NCBI GenBank assembly: GCA_963701855.1
Contig: CAVPBK010000009.1
Coordinates: 32,001-96,000, forward strand
Reading direction: 5' to 3'
Source: Nitrospirota bacterium
GTDB taxonomy: Bacteria; Nitrospirota; Nitrospiria; Nitrospirales; Nitrospiraceae
Length of the DNA: 64,000 nucleotides
Part shown: positions 63,198 to 64,000 of the stretch, piece by piece
Numbering within the stretch: position 1 is the first letter of the stretch
How the letters are laid out: every line of letters starts with the position of its first letter
Notes under the pieces: model-generated
Seen by the model: only the letters and a program-made list of their open reading frames with translations
Told to the model about the DNA's origin: nothing
Databases searched by the model: none
Made by a program: the position numbers and the translations under genes

Positions 63198-64000
63198 TTA
63201 TCGGGATGTTCTTCGCGATTCTTGAGAGCTGGAGGCCTGACTTCGTTCATAGACGGGAGGCTGGCTCCGATACGTGGCTGGAGGCTGTACCGCGAGGGGA
63301 ATATCATTTGGAAGAGGACTTGCCTCTTGCTTCACTCCCCCTTGATGAGCGCCAAACATCTCCAGGGCGGTGCGCGGCTCAGCCTTCTCGACCGGCTCTG
63401 GGATCGAGTTTCGTTCCTGGACGACGATCTCGACCCGACGGTTCTTCGCCCGATTCTCGGGCGTCAGATTGTCCGTGAGGGAATGTGAGTCGGCATGACC
63501 CACCGCAGTGAGGTGATTGGACTGCACGCCATATTCTTCGGAAAGCGTTCGTACTACCGTCACAGCACGTGCGGCAGACAGCTCCCAATTAGACGGAAAT
63601 TGCGCTGTGGCGATCGGCACATTGTCGGTGTGCCCTTCGACACGCACATGACGATCCAGCTCAATCAGCACCTCACCAATCGCCTCTATGAATGGACGGG
63701 CCTCGGGCCGAAGGGCGGATTGCCCGGTGCGAAATAACACCGTGTCCGGCAGCGTCAACACGATATCTCCATTTGTGAGTTCCTTCAGCTGAATAATCTC
63801 TAAATGTGTTTCATTCTTGAGGGAACGCATGATCTGACGGAGGCGCCGAACCGCCGGTTCCTTTGCCTCTTCAATGGTCGGCTTCAGCGACAAGGCTTTT
63901 TCCTTCCCAATTGTGAAGGGCGTCAGGGTGTTCGGGGGGCTGACAAGAGGATTGAGCGCAGCTTTAATCGAATCGCTTACCGTTCGAAACTTGCCCTCGT
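63198..64000 (-). CDS. motB: flagellar motor protein MotB family (5' end outside the window)
   Basis: VEGHTDN, SNWELSAARA, NRRVEI; frame open to the window edge (EGKFRTVSDSIKAAL). Confidence 0.9.
   Translation of the reverse strand, partial: EGKFRTVSDSIKAALNPLVSPPNTLTPFTIGKEKALSLKPTIEEAKEPAVRRLRQIMRSLKNETHLEIIQLKELTNGDIVLTLPDTVLFRTGQSALRPEARPFIEAIGEVLIELDRHVRVEGHTDNVPIATAQFPSNWELSAARAVTVVRTLSEEYGVQSNHLTAVGHADSHSLTDNLTPENRAKNRRVEIVVQERNSIPEPVEKAEPRTALEMFGAHQGGVKQEASPLPNDIPLAVQPPATYRSQPPVYERSQASSSQESRRTSR

Overview
Bacterial chromosomal window of moderately high GC. A Nitrospira-like origin is inferred from gene content and the short-period intergenic hairpin repeats; it is not proven. (1) 0-17.6 kb is core or metabolic: alaS-recX-recA, a REC/HD-GYP regulator, thpR-cinA, a Cld-like/ChdC heme protein, an SDR, and a ppx + two thymidylate-kinase-like genes + sixA cluster. 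(2) 17.8-41.5 kb is an accessory secretion island built from two parallel modules. Each module runs: paired GAATC-N6-GATTC sites, a sigma54 promoter, a ~285-nt structured non-coding element, small exported-protein cargo genes, and a filamentous-haemagglutinin-like TpsA. These are followed by an alpha-dioxygenase-like heme peroxidase lipoprotein bracketed by copies of the TpsA 3' tail, then TpsB, a TPR-CHAT caspase-like protease and a DUF928-like gene. A VapBC pair and an IS30 scar also lie in the island. Many genes between 21.8 and 37.7 kb carry single-base indels. (3) 42-49 kb holds REC-PAS, substrate-binding protein, histidine kinase and sigma54 activator genes. (4) 49-64 kb holds a partner-switching module and a chemotaxis operon ending in a partial motB. 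No rRNA, tRNA or CRISPR array was recognised. All calls rest on motif reading by eye; no database searches were run.
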